A DNA stretch of 22,913 bases from contig NW_021823561.1 of the NCBI RefSeq assembly GCF_006345805.1, positions 1-22,913 on the forward strand, written 5' to 3'. The stretch comes from Octopus sinensis. Taxonomy: Eukaryota. The notes under the pieces are model-generated. The model ran no database searches. It saw only the letters and a program-made list of their open reading frames with translations, and had not been told where the DNA came from. Shown in pieces: positions 10,105-19,749 of this stretch. The number at the start of each line of letters is the position of its first letter. Within the stretch, counting starts at the first letter, position 1. The translations under genes were made by a program, and so were the position numbers.

Positions 10105-10558
10105 CCACCATCATCATCATCGTTTAACATCCGCTTTCCATGCTAGCATGGGTTGGACGATTTTGACTGAGGGCTCGCGAACCAGATGGCTGCACCAGGC
10201 TCCAATCTTGATCTGGCAGAGTTTCTACAGCTGGATGCCCTTCCTAACGCCAACCACTCCAAGAGTGTAGTGGGTACTTTATACGTGCCACCAGCACGGG
10301 GGCCAGTCAGGTGGTACTGGCAATGACCTCGCTTGAATCTTTTACACATGCTACCGGCACAGGTGCCAGTAAGGTGATGCTGGTAATGATCATGCTCGAA
10401 TGGTGCCCTTTTACGTGCCACTGGCACGGAAGCCAGTTGGCCGCTCTGGCAACGATCATGCTCGGATGGTACTCTTGGCACCCTACTAGCACGGGCACAA
10501 GTGCCAGTAAGGTGACGCTGGTAACGATCACACTCGAATGGTGCCTTTTATGTGCCAC
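10105..10558 (-). mobile_element. RTE-like LINE 3' end with 6-bp TSD
   Basis: (CAT)n tail, palindrome at 10138-10151, core, subrepeats. tgtata is present at 10099-10104 and 10559-10564. Confidence 0.85.
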
Positions 10559-10805
10559 TGTATATAATATATGGTATATAAAGATGATGTTAGCTATGAT
10601 AATAAATAAGTGATTACTAACTTTATTTAACAGTGAGAAAACTATGTATATTACAGATATATAAAGTTGTGTGTATTATATTAATAGAAGTGATTTATTG
10701 GTCATAGATGTATGGTTAATAGCTTCAGTTTATTTAACAGTGAACAACTCTTTATCATCAAGTACTGTCAGGCCAACACTCAGTAGGCAAGTAGTTTGCT
10801 GAATG

Positions 10806-12816
10806 GTGAAAGCTGAAATTTAATTACTGGAAAAATAAACTGTACCCTTCCCATATTCAGGTGGTCGATGGGTATGGTCCATCTGCAGCATGTGATAATA
10901 CATAGGATGCGGTTTGGTTTTATTTATAGTTTGTTATGATCTGTTACGGAGAGATTCAGGACAGGCAAAACTGGTAACATCAGTGACAAATTTGATTTTA
11001 TGTCCACTGGAGTTGTTCCTTTGTGCTGATCAAATGTGGAACCTGTGATTGTTCTAGTATGTTTGTGTATATCATTTTATTATCTCCACCTTCGCTAAGG
11101 CGGAGGTATTGTTTTCAGTCATGTTTATTGTTTGTCCATGGACAAGATATCTCAAGAACCACTGGATGTTTGGCCTCATGACTGGCACAAGCTGATTAGA
11201 TTCATATATCTATATCCCTGTATATGCCATATTTTTGTTTTGTTGCACATTTCCACAGTCTGACATGCAATGATTAGTTGCATGTGTTGCAGTTGAAAAA
11301 TACTTTAATATCTATGGATTATGCATGGGGTACCCAGAAACTGTGAAAGCTGAAATTTAATTACTGGAAAAATAAACTGTACCCTTCCCAATCAGGTGGT
11401 CGATGGGTATGGTCCATCTGCAGCATGTGATATACATAGGATGCGGTTGGTTTGGTTTTATTTATAGTTTGTTATGATCTGTTACGGAGAGATTCAGGAC
11501 AGGCAAAACTGGTAACATCAGTGACAAATTTGATTTTATGTCCACTGGAGTTGTTCCTTTGTGCTGATCAAATGTGGAACCTGTGATTGTTCTAAGTATG
11601 TTGTGTATATCATTTATTATCTCCACCTTCGCTAAGGCGGAGGTATTGTTTTCAGTCATGTTATTTGTTTGTCCATGGACAAGATATCTCAAGAACCACT
11701 GGATGTTTGGCCTCATGACTGGCACAAGCTGATTAGATTCATATTATCTATACCTGTATATGCCATATTTTTGTTTTGTTGCACATTTCCACAGTCTGAC
11801 AGCAATGATTAGTTGCATGTGTTGCAGTTTGAAAATACTTTAATGTCTATGGATTAGCATGGGTACCCAGAAACTGTGAAAGCTGAAATTTAATTACTGG
11901 AAAAATAAACTGTACCCTTCCCATATTCAGGTGGTCGATGGGTATGGTCCATCTGCAGCATGTGATAATACATAGGATGCGGTTTGGTTTTATTTATAGT
12001 TTGTTATGATCTGTTACGGAGAGATTCAGGACAGGCAAAACTGGTAACATCAGTGACAAATTTGATTTTATGTCCACTGGAGTTGTTCCTTTGTGCTGAT
12101 CAAATGTGGAACCTGTGATTGTTCTAAGTATGTTTGTGTATATCATTTTATTATCTCCACCTTCGCTAAGGCGGAGGTATTGTTTTCAGTCATGTTTATT
12201 TGTTTGTCCATGGACAAGATATCTCAAGAACCACTGGATGTTTGGCCTCATGACTGGCACAAGCTGATTAGATTCATATTATCTATATCCCTGTATATGC
12301 CATATTTTTGTTTTGTTGCACATTTCCACAGTCTGACATGCAATGATTAGTTGCATGTGTTGCAGTTTGAAAATATACTTTAATATCTATGGATTATGCA
12401 TGGGGTACCCAGAAACTGTGAAAGCTGAAATTTAATTACTGGAAAAATAAACTGTACCCTTCCCATATTCAGGTGGTCGATGGGTATGGTCCATCTGCAG
12501 CATGTGATAATACATAGGATGCGGTTTGGTTTTATTTATAGTTTGTTATGATCTGTTACGGAGAGATTCAGGACAGGCAAAACTGGTAACATCAGTGACA
12601 AATTTGATTTTATGTCCACTGGAGTTGTTCCTTTGTGCTGATCAAATGTGGAACCTGTGATTGTTCTAAGTATGTTTGTGTATATCATTTTATTATCTCC
12701 ACCTTCGCTAAGGCGGAGGTATTGTTTTCAGTCATGTTTATTTGTTTGTCCATGGACAAGATATCTCAAGAACCACTGGATGTTTGGCCTCATGACTGGC
12801 ACAAGCTGATTAGATT
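10806..12816. repeat. Tandem array, ~3.7 copies of a 533-542-bp unit
   Basis: Unit starts gtgaaagctgaaatttaattac at 10806, 11343, 11876 and 12418. Copies are near-identical. The last copy stops at ...gctgattagatt (12816). Confidence 0.97.
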
Positions 12817-13040
12817 TTGGGATCAGTCCAGTACCGGACAAGGATTCTGGATTATTTACCAGTTTTTTTTTTCTTTTTTACTTAATTTTTGTGAGCGGTC
12901 AGGTTCATTTTTAGAATTCCCATTTGTGAGATCAGTCAAGTTTATTTAAGATATTCTCATTTTAGAAATTATCTCCGGCCAATCGTTGAGAGGACGTTGG
13001 TGATGCCTTGGTGGAGGTTTGCACTCTCTGAGTGCTTGTT
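12692..13040 (+). mobile_element. Non-autonomous Helentron/HINE (DINE-1-like) element, ~350 bp
   Basis: Left stem-loop tatctccacctt-cgct-aaggcggaggta, right subterminal ggtggaggt complementary to the left end, terminal hairpin gcactc-tct-gagtgc, T-rich flanks, no TSD. Orientation is by convention. Confidence 0.75.
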
Positions 13041-13044
13041 TTCT

Positions 13045-14280
13045 TTACATTATTGTCAATGTATTGTGAATACTGTGGCAGTGTTGTATTTCCTAGTATT
13101 TTGTCCTTCATACATGTGTGTAGGGTCTGTTTATATAGTTGCTTAGCTCTAGGTTAACTCTAATCAAGCAGGCTTATGACTGAAGTCATTCCAGCTGTGA
13201 TCTTCCCATATATTTGTATATTTAGGATTAGATTGTCCAGTGTCAGCATAGTTATTGAAGTCATGTACTTTCTTAGGATAAAAGGATGTGATGTAAAAGA
13301 GAGTTGGCTGCTATTTCTAGCTGGTCAAGTTATCATGCTGAGCTTCCTCTTCCTTGTTGGTTCAATGTTTATGTTGTTGAGTGTGATGGTTGGTTATAAT
13401 TGATGTTCTCATGAGTTGTTGATAAGAAGGGAGAGGTTGGGTTTGGAAGGGGTTATATTCAGTCTGTTGTTTTGCAACTAGGTTGTTAGGTTTAATATAG
13501 GGTTAGGGAAGTTGTGCAGCTATGCTTTTGAGAGGCGGGAAGATGTGATTGAGATGTCAACTACATATGAAGAAGTGCATATACTTTGAGGTGTGAAAGG
13601 TCATGCTGGGGCAGGTTAAATTGAAAGCAAATGAAAGGACAGAACCACCACATGGTTATTTCAGTTGGGAAATTGCAAACAGATGCTGATACATGCTGTA
13701 TAAACTTGTCAGATTGAGAAGTAGTTTACTTGTCAACATTTCATATTGTTTTGCAAGGAAGTGATAATTACTTTGCAGAAGATGGAGAGAAGAACTTTAC
13801 TGACGTGAATGATAATTACAATAAGAGTGTGGGCTTTTGTTATTGAAACCATCGTGCATGACAGTTGAGTGTAGAGGTGTGAATGTAGAAATTAAGAGAT
13901 GGGAATATGTGGATTAGTGATGTCAAGAAAAGGTCTTTGTAAAATGTTCAAAGGTATGCAAAACAGGTTTTAGAATCAGATGCATTCCACAACAGCAGCT
14001 TCAGGGACATAAGTCTATGTGATACTACTCCAGTAGGACATTAAAACTGTAAATATTTCATCCTGCATACTATGTGATACTACATCAGTTGGGCCTTAAA
14101 ACTATAATGAATTTATCCCCATTACAGACTTTGTGGATTTTGATAGAGTTGGTACAAGTGGTTGTAGATGCTGTTGCATTAATTGATTCTTTTAGGCAGT
14201 AGATATTTTAGATGCATATTTTTGATTTCCTCTACTGTGTTTTTGGAGTCGGACAGAATGACGGGTTCAAAATAATGGTC
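13045..14280 (-). mobile_element. Highly decayed Penelope-like element (RT and GIY-YIG remnants)
   Basis: Fragmented minus-strand peptides KIHK, GPTDVVSH/CPTGVVSH, TFYKD, PLHSTVMHDG resemble the Penelope RT N-terminal region. FNLPQHDLSHLKVYAL resembles the GIY-YIG HFNLPxHSxxDLKV motif. Many stops and frameshifts. Confidence 0.5.
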
Positions 14281-14285
14281 TAAGT

Positions 14286-14908
14286 CAGTGGTTTTCAATT
14301 TTTATGTGTCATATGAGAAATCAAGCAAAAAAAAAAATTTACTGGTACATTAATATTTTATGCTTCAGACAAGAGGAAAGATTGCCCATGAAGCTTTACA
14401 TGGTTTCAAAGACAGGTGGAAGAGAGAAGTTAGCCTCAAACAAGAAACCTGGTTTGAATGTTTGCAAGAGATGGGTCCACTAAAGGCACCTAAGATGCAA
14501 GGTAGTAGTGCTAAACTAAGTGATAGATTAAGTCTCCCACATATGTATGACAGAGCAGGATTTGAACTCACAATGCAAAGAACAAGAACAAATACCACAA
14601 AGCAGTCAACCCCATATTCTTATAGTTTTGCCAATCTGACTGGTGCTTTTTTGTTTTATCTACCCACAAAAGCATGAAAGGCAAAGTAGATTCCAGTGGT
14701 ATTTGAACATAGAGCAAATAAAATCAGACTGAATACCACAAAGTATTTATTCAATCCAATGCTCCTCTACCAATTTACCATTTTTTGTATAGAAAGTATA
14801 GAAAAAACCCCCAACTATTTGAAAAACATTTTCTTATCCAAAGTGCACCAGTAATATTTTGCTCAATCTCTTGTGTGTTGTGAAATCAAAAATGATTGAG
14901 AACTGCTG
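14286..14908. mobile_element. hAT-like MITE remnant with imperfect long terminal inverted repeats, containing SINE fragments
   Basis: Left cagtggttttcaa...gagaaatcaagcaaaa..tttactggtaca vs reverse complement of right cagcagttctcaa...gagattgagcaaaatattactggtgca. A further hAT-like right end ttcaaaaccactg is at 15148-15160. TSDs are degenerate. Confidence 0.4.
14370..14760 (-). mobile_element. Two decayed tRNA-SINE fragments
   Basis: B-box reverse complements ggatttgaactcac (~14548) and atttgaac (~14701), plus Meta-like atgaaaggcaaagtaga. Confidence 0.45.
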
Positions 14909-15465
14909 ACCTAATCCTAGATTTTTGACAACTTCATTCTGTCAGGCACCAATTGTGAATTAAATTTTCAAATCAAGAATTTAGAAAACTATGGCTTGCT
15001 ATGTTTTGATTATTAATCATACTTGTAGATAATAAAATTATGAATAACATATTTTCCAAGATGTTGAAGCATTAGAATGAATTTTTTAAAGCTTTAAATT
15101 ATAATTTAAAAAAACCCATGGAACACCTATACACCCTTACACACCATTTCAAAACCACTGCTCTGTGTGGAAAATGCATCTTTTGTGGGTATTTTTATGG
15201 TTAATTTTTGATAAACTTTTAATGAGGTTGTTATTGTACTGTGTGATACAGCATAATTATTGTTAGAACTGTTGGTGCTGCAAATTTCTTTATATGGATG
15301 TTTGACTGTTTGGTTTATGTTGAATACAAATGTTTGCCAGTTTTCTGTTTTTTCTATATTTTCTTTGTTTCCTGATGCTGTGTTTTATTTCTGTTGCATA
15401 CAAAGTTTTGATATGTAGTGCTTGAGGTTTTATCTCTAGCTTTTATCAGATTAGGTATTTCAATA

Positions 15466-15863
15466 GTCACTGCCAGAGCAGCTGTCTGGCACATACAGAA
15501 CACCATTTGAACGTGATTGTTGTCAGTGTCACCTCACTGGCACTTGTGCTGGTGGCACGTGAACAAAACATTCGAGCAAGGTTGTTGTCAGTGCTGCTGG
15601 ACTGACTCCTGTGCAGGTGGTACGTAAAAAACACCATTTTCGAGCATGGCCATTGCTAGTACCACCAGACTGGCCTCATGCTGGTGGCACTTTAAAAGCA
15701 CCCACTACACTCTCGGAGTGGTTGGCATTAGGAAGGGCATCCAGCTGTAGTAACTCTGCCAGATCAGATTGGAGCCTGGCACAGCCATCTGGTTCGCCAG
15801 TACCCAGTCAAATCATCCAGCCCATGCTAGCATGGAAAGCAGATGTTAAACGATGATGATGAT
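15466..15863 (+). mobile_element. RTE-like LINE 3' end
   Basis: Subrepeats with ggtggcacgtgaac/ggtggtacgtaaaaaacacc, core, palindrome at 15822-15835, (GAT)n tail. Confidence 0.8.
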
Positions 15864-16082
15864 AACTGGAGTTACTCTTTTTATGTCGTTTTGTGGGTAA
15901 TGTTTTTTTTTTTAATGTGCCTCTGAATATTTAATGAATGCATAAACTGCAGTGTCTATGTTGGTTATGAAGTTGTTGAATTCTTCTATTTGGAAGAATT
16001 CTATTTGGTTAATTCAATTGAGCTTTCTTTTTCTTTATTTTCTTAGGATGTTTCTGAAAGTGTTTTATTTTGTTCATGGATG

Positions 16083-16406
16083 TCATCATCATCACCATCG
16101 TTTAACGCCCGCTTTCCATGCTAGCATGGGTTGGATGGTTCGACCGGGGTCTGGGAAGCCAGGAGGCTGCACCAGGCTCCAGTCTGATTTGGCAGTGCTT
16201 CTACAGCTGGATGCCCTTCCTAACGCCAACCACTCCGTGAGTGTAGTGGGTGCTTTTTATGTGCCACTGGCATAGGTGCCGGGGGAGGCTGGCAACGGTC
16301 ATGATCGGTTAGTGCTTTTTTCATGCCACCGGCACAGAAGCTCGTCAAGGTGGTATTGGCCACATTTCTATGGTGCTTTTTACGTGCCACTGGCACAGGG
16401 ATCACA
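16083..16406 (-). mobile_element. RTE-like LINE 3' end
   Basis: (CAT)n, palindrome at 16116-16129, core ggatgcccttcctaacgccaacc, three subrepeats. Confidence 0.85.
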
Positions 16407-16805
16407 AATGTGTGGGTATATATTCTCCTTGTCTTGACATATTCATGCTGACTGCAAACAATGTAATTTTTAAACAATATTCCATAAAAGCATGGGTGGG
16501 CTGATCACTAGACTAGGTGAAATATTACCTTGTTTTGGAAACAAGGGGAGGTTGGTGACAAAAAAATGACCTGACTCTAGAAGAACCTGCCTCAACAAAG
16601 TTATCATCTGACCCATGGAAAAGTGGATGTCAAAATGAGGATGATGATGATGAGAGGCAATGTGGAATTCAAATAACTAGATGTAATATGCCAGTTGCAA
16701 TAATTATAAACAACTCTTGTCTCTTGGCCTTGAGTAGTTTTGAACTTCTCACCTGTACCTACATATACTATACATTCATACTTATAAACTACTTTCATTT
16801 CTTAA

Positions 16806-17342
16806 CATAGCAGGTATCATGATGTCCCAGGCAGAATAACCTACAGGTTTCTGTATTACTACTTCTATGTAGATATGAAAACAAAAATGTTTAAACAAGA
16901 GCAAAACAAGCCTCGTCGTATTGATATTTTACAAAAGGACATTAGCAATGGCAACTAAAGCAGAAACAAAAGCTGTTCACAACTGAAATCAGGTCACAAA
17001 CTTGTCATACAAGAAGCTCGTCTTCATTAAACATACAATTGTGATATCAATTACTTTACTGCAGACCAATTTGTTATCAATTCAGAGTAAAACATTCTCA
17101 ATGAATATATTGTTTGGTAATGGATAAATTCAGAACAAAAATCTACAGATCTGCTTAATCATATTTAAGAATGGTTAAAGAACACTCAAATAGTCTTAAC
17201 ACAAGAAGAACTGAATGGTTCACACTTACTGATTGGCTTAGCACACATTGGGGTGAGAGAAGAAAATTCAAAGTCAGAAAGGATTGGTCAATATTTACTT
17301 ACAATTAAGCATTGTAACAACCTACAAAATAAACCGGTTTAA
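16806..17342 (+). pseudogene. Possible decayed reading frame of unknown origin
   Basis: 179-codon frame with five internal stops, all TAA, and protein-like composition. It ends at the TTAA of a MITE insertion. No motif recognised. Confidence 0.25.
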
Positions 17343-17563
17343 CCCTTTCGTTACCAACCCAGCCAAAACCACCTCTGGCTCTGTAGTACAAATGTCTTGT
17401 TTTCATAAGTTTTGCATCAAAATATACCACCAAACCTTAGTTGCAATTTATATTCTTAATACTAGCTTAATGATAACTAAGTTATTTTACTAAATTCGTT
17501 GTTATATTTAAAATAATTGAAAGAAACACAGAGCATCTCAAAATAAATACAGCAATGAAAGGG
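17343..17563 (+). mobile_element. piggyBac-like MITE (221 bp)
   Basis: TTAA at 17339-42 and 17564-67. Termini ccctttcgttac and caatgaaaggg. Confidence 0.88.
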
Positions 17564-17775
17564 TTAAGGTAGCTGAAAATTGTTTTTACTAAGTGTGAAT
17601 GATGTGTTTGGGAAAAAAACAAAACAATAATGATGCTGATGATTCTTTTTATGTATATACAAAGCCAAGAATGATTTTGAATTGTGAATCATGATGTGCA
17701 TGTTTTCCTCAAGGAAATGCAACAGAGCAGACCGAAACTGGAAACCATGTTATGGTTATGATTTATACTTCCAGT

Positions 17776-17989
17776 ACTCTTTTATTTGTGACAATCAGTT
17801 GAATGTGGCCATGCTGGAGCATCACCTTTAGTCGACCAAATTGACCCCAGGACTTATTCTTTGTAAGCCTAGTACTTATTCTATCGGTCTCTTTTGCCAA
17901 ACTGCTAACTTACAGGGACATAAACACACCAGCATCGGTTGTCAAGCGATGTTGGGGGGACAAACACAGACACACAACCATATACACAC

Positions 17990-18049
<60 letters not shown>

Positions 18050-18053
18050 TATA

Positions 18054-18087
<34 letters not shown>

Positions 18088-18243
18088 CGACGGGCTTCTT
18101 TCAGTTTCTGTCTACCAAATCCACTCACAAAGCTTTGGTCGGCCCGAGGCTATAGTAGAAGACACTTGCCCAAGGTGCCACACAGTGGACTGAACCTGGA
18201 ACCATGTGGTTGGTAAGGAAGCTACTTACCACACAGCCACTCC
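17776..18243 (-). mobile_element. Full-length tRNA-derived SINE family 2 (CORE-like; octopus OK-type) with internal (CA)n(TA)n
   Basis: Head ggagtggctgtgtggtaagtagc, B box ggttcagtcc, CORE-like caccttgggcaagtgtcttc, microsatellite, tail ...gctccagcatggccac...taaaagagt. Confidence 0.9.
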
Positions 18244-18264
18244 TGTGATTTCTGCCCAGTGCTC

Positions 18265-18266
<2 letters not shown>

Positions 18267-18307
<41 letters not shown>

Positions 18308-18320
18308 TATATATTATATA

Positions 18321-18355
<35 letters not shown>

Positions 18356-18503
18356 GACAGGCTTCTTTCAGTATCCATCTATCAAATTCACTCACAAAGC
18401 TTTGGTTAGGCAAAGGCTATAGTAGAAGACACTTACCCAGTGTGGAACTTGAACCTGGAACCATGTGGTTGGCAAGCAAGCTTCTTACCACACAGCTATG
18501 CCT
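18267..18503 (-). mobile_element. 5' half of a second family-2 SINE ending in its (TA)n tract
   Basis: 18356-18503 repeats the head of 17776-18243. (TA)n at 18267-18355. Confidence 0.8.
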
Positions 18504-18602
18504 ATGTGTGTGTGTGTGTGTGTATGTATATATATATATTATATATATATTATATATATATATATATATATATGAGGCAGAGAGAGAGAGAGAGAGAGAG
18601 AA
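18504..18602. repeat. Compound (TG)n(TA)n(GA)n microsatellite
   Basis: Directly visible. Confidence 0.9.
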
Positions 18603-19170
18603 GACAAACAGATGTACAATCTTAAAGACACAAAATACAAGTAGATATTAATTTTTCAAGAACAAGGTTAAAAGAGGTGAAGTGAAGCTGAAGACAAAGA
18701 AGTTATAGAAAGGTCACTGGATAATGAAGAAAATAGTAGGAAAAAATATATATTGTAGAAAGAAATATTAAGAAATACCAATGAGGAAATAAACCACTTC
18801 ATGGGAAATACTTAAACAGAATAGATTCATTCAACTGTGATATAAAAAGCATTGACCTGTGAATGATTAACTTGAAAAACTGAAGTTGTTGTTTAACTCT
18901 AAGTTTGCCCTGACTAAGTAGATCAAAAGCATTCAAGCCATAACATGATTCTTCTATTTTCCTTTTTTCTAGTTACAATGATATTTTCCCCTATTTTCTA
19001 GTTATAATGACAACATTATCCAATATGTCCTTTATTAAGGCAGCAAAGTGTGATTAAAAAAGATTTTGCTGTTATTTCTAGCTGTTAGAGCAACTCTATT
19101 GAAAATTCCTGAATCAGTTGAAAAGCTGTCTCTTTAACAGCAATTCGGCATCTATCATTTCACACTTTAA

Positions 19171-19312
19171 CCATTTTCTGTTAGAATACACTGCTTTTGT
19201 TTCAGTTAACTTTGAATATAACAAAAGAATTTAGTAAATCAACTTTGTCGTTATTAAGCTGGTGTTTGGAACATAAGATGAAATTTTGATGGAAGCTGTG
19301 ATTTAGATCACT
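19171..19312 (-). mobile_element. Older related TTAA MITE fragment in opposite orientation
   Basis: ttaa|ccatttt start. tataacaaaagaatttagtaaa...ttattaagctggtgtttggaacataa matches the reverse complement of the MITE interior. Truncated at the TTAA of the next MITE. Confidence 0.55.
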
Positions 19313-19316
19313 TTAA

Positions 19317-19513
19317 CCCTTTTGTTACCAACCCAGCTGAAACCGGCTCTGGCACTGAGTACAAATGTTCTGAATTAAAATCTTCTACCACACCTTAGTT
19401 ACAATTTATGTTCCTAACACTAGATTAATGATTATTTTACTAAATTCTTTGTTATATTTAAAATAATTGAAAGAAAAACAGAGCATCTCAACAGAAATGT
19501 GGTAAGAAAAGGG
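19317..19513 (+). mobile_element. piggyBac-like MITE with a small internal deletion
   Basis: TTAA at 19313-16 and 19514-17. Termini cccttttgttacc and aagaaaaggg. Homologous to 17343-17563. Confidence 0.85.
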
Positions 19514-19544
19514 TTAAAATATATAATAGAGAAACAATTCTTAA

Positions 19545-19749
19545 CCCTTTTGATACCAACCTGGCTGAAACCACCTCTGTAGTACAAATGTCTTGTTTTC
19601 ATAAGTTCTGAATTAAAATCTTCCACCAAGCCTTAGTTACAATTTATGTTCCTAAATGATAACTAAGTTATTTTACTAAATTCTTTGTTATATTTAAAGT
19701 AATTGAAAGAAACATACAGCATCTCAAAATAAATACAATAATGAAAGGG
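19545..19749 (+). mobile_element. piggyBac-like MITE
   Basis: TTAA at 19541-44 and 19750-53. Termini cccttttgatacc and taatgaaaggg. Confidence 0.87.

Noticed and set aside
10622-10786. Duplicated 15-mer tttatttaacagtga (10622, 10729) and a possible + strand exon NNSLSSSTVRPTL
   Set aside because: Short AT-rich match with no consistent + strand exon chain and no independent support.
12020-12140. Frame TGKTGNISDKFDFMSTGVVPLC-TGA-SNVEPVIVL in the array unit suggesting a Cys-Sec motif
   Set aside because: No recognisable selenoprotein family or SECIS. One TGA in a short frame is expected by chance.
12093-12949. Repeated identical ORFs MLIKCGTCDCSKY... (12093, 12635) and MPVMRP... (11462)
   Set aside because: They arise from the tandem array and run through the HINE end. 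No coding signal.
14360-14677. 105-aa ORF, or + strand exon 14369-14501 (TRGKIAHEALHGFKDRW...)
   Set aside because: It lies inside hAT-like termini and appears to be the antisense of a decayed SINE body whose B box is at ~14550. It conflicts with the better-supported minus-strand gene.
17841-18651. His/Thr/Tyr/Ile/Val-rich ORFs (also 3739-3992, 7676-7999, 21238-21605)
   Set aside because: These are translations of (CA)n/(TA)n microsatellites and SINE bodies.
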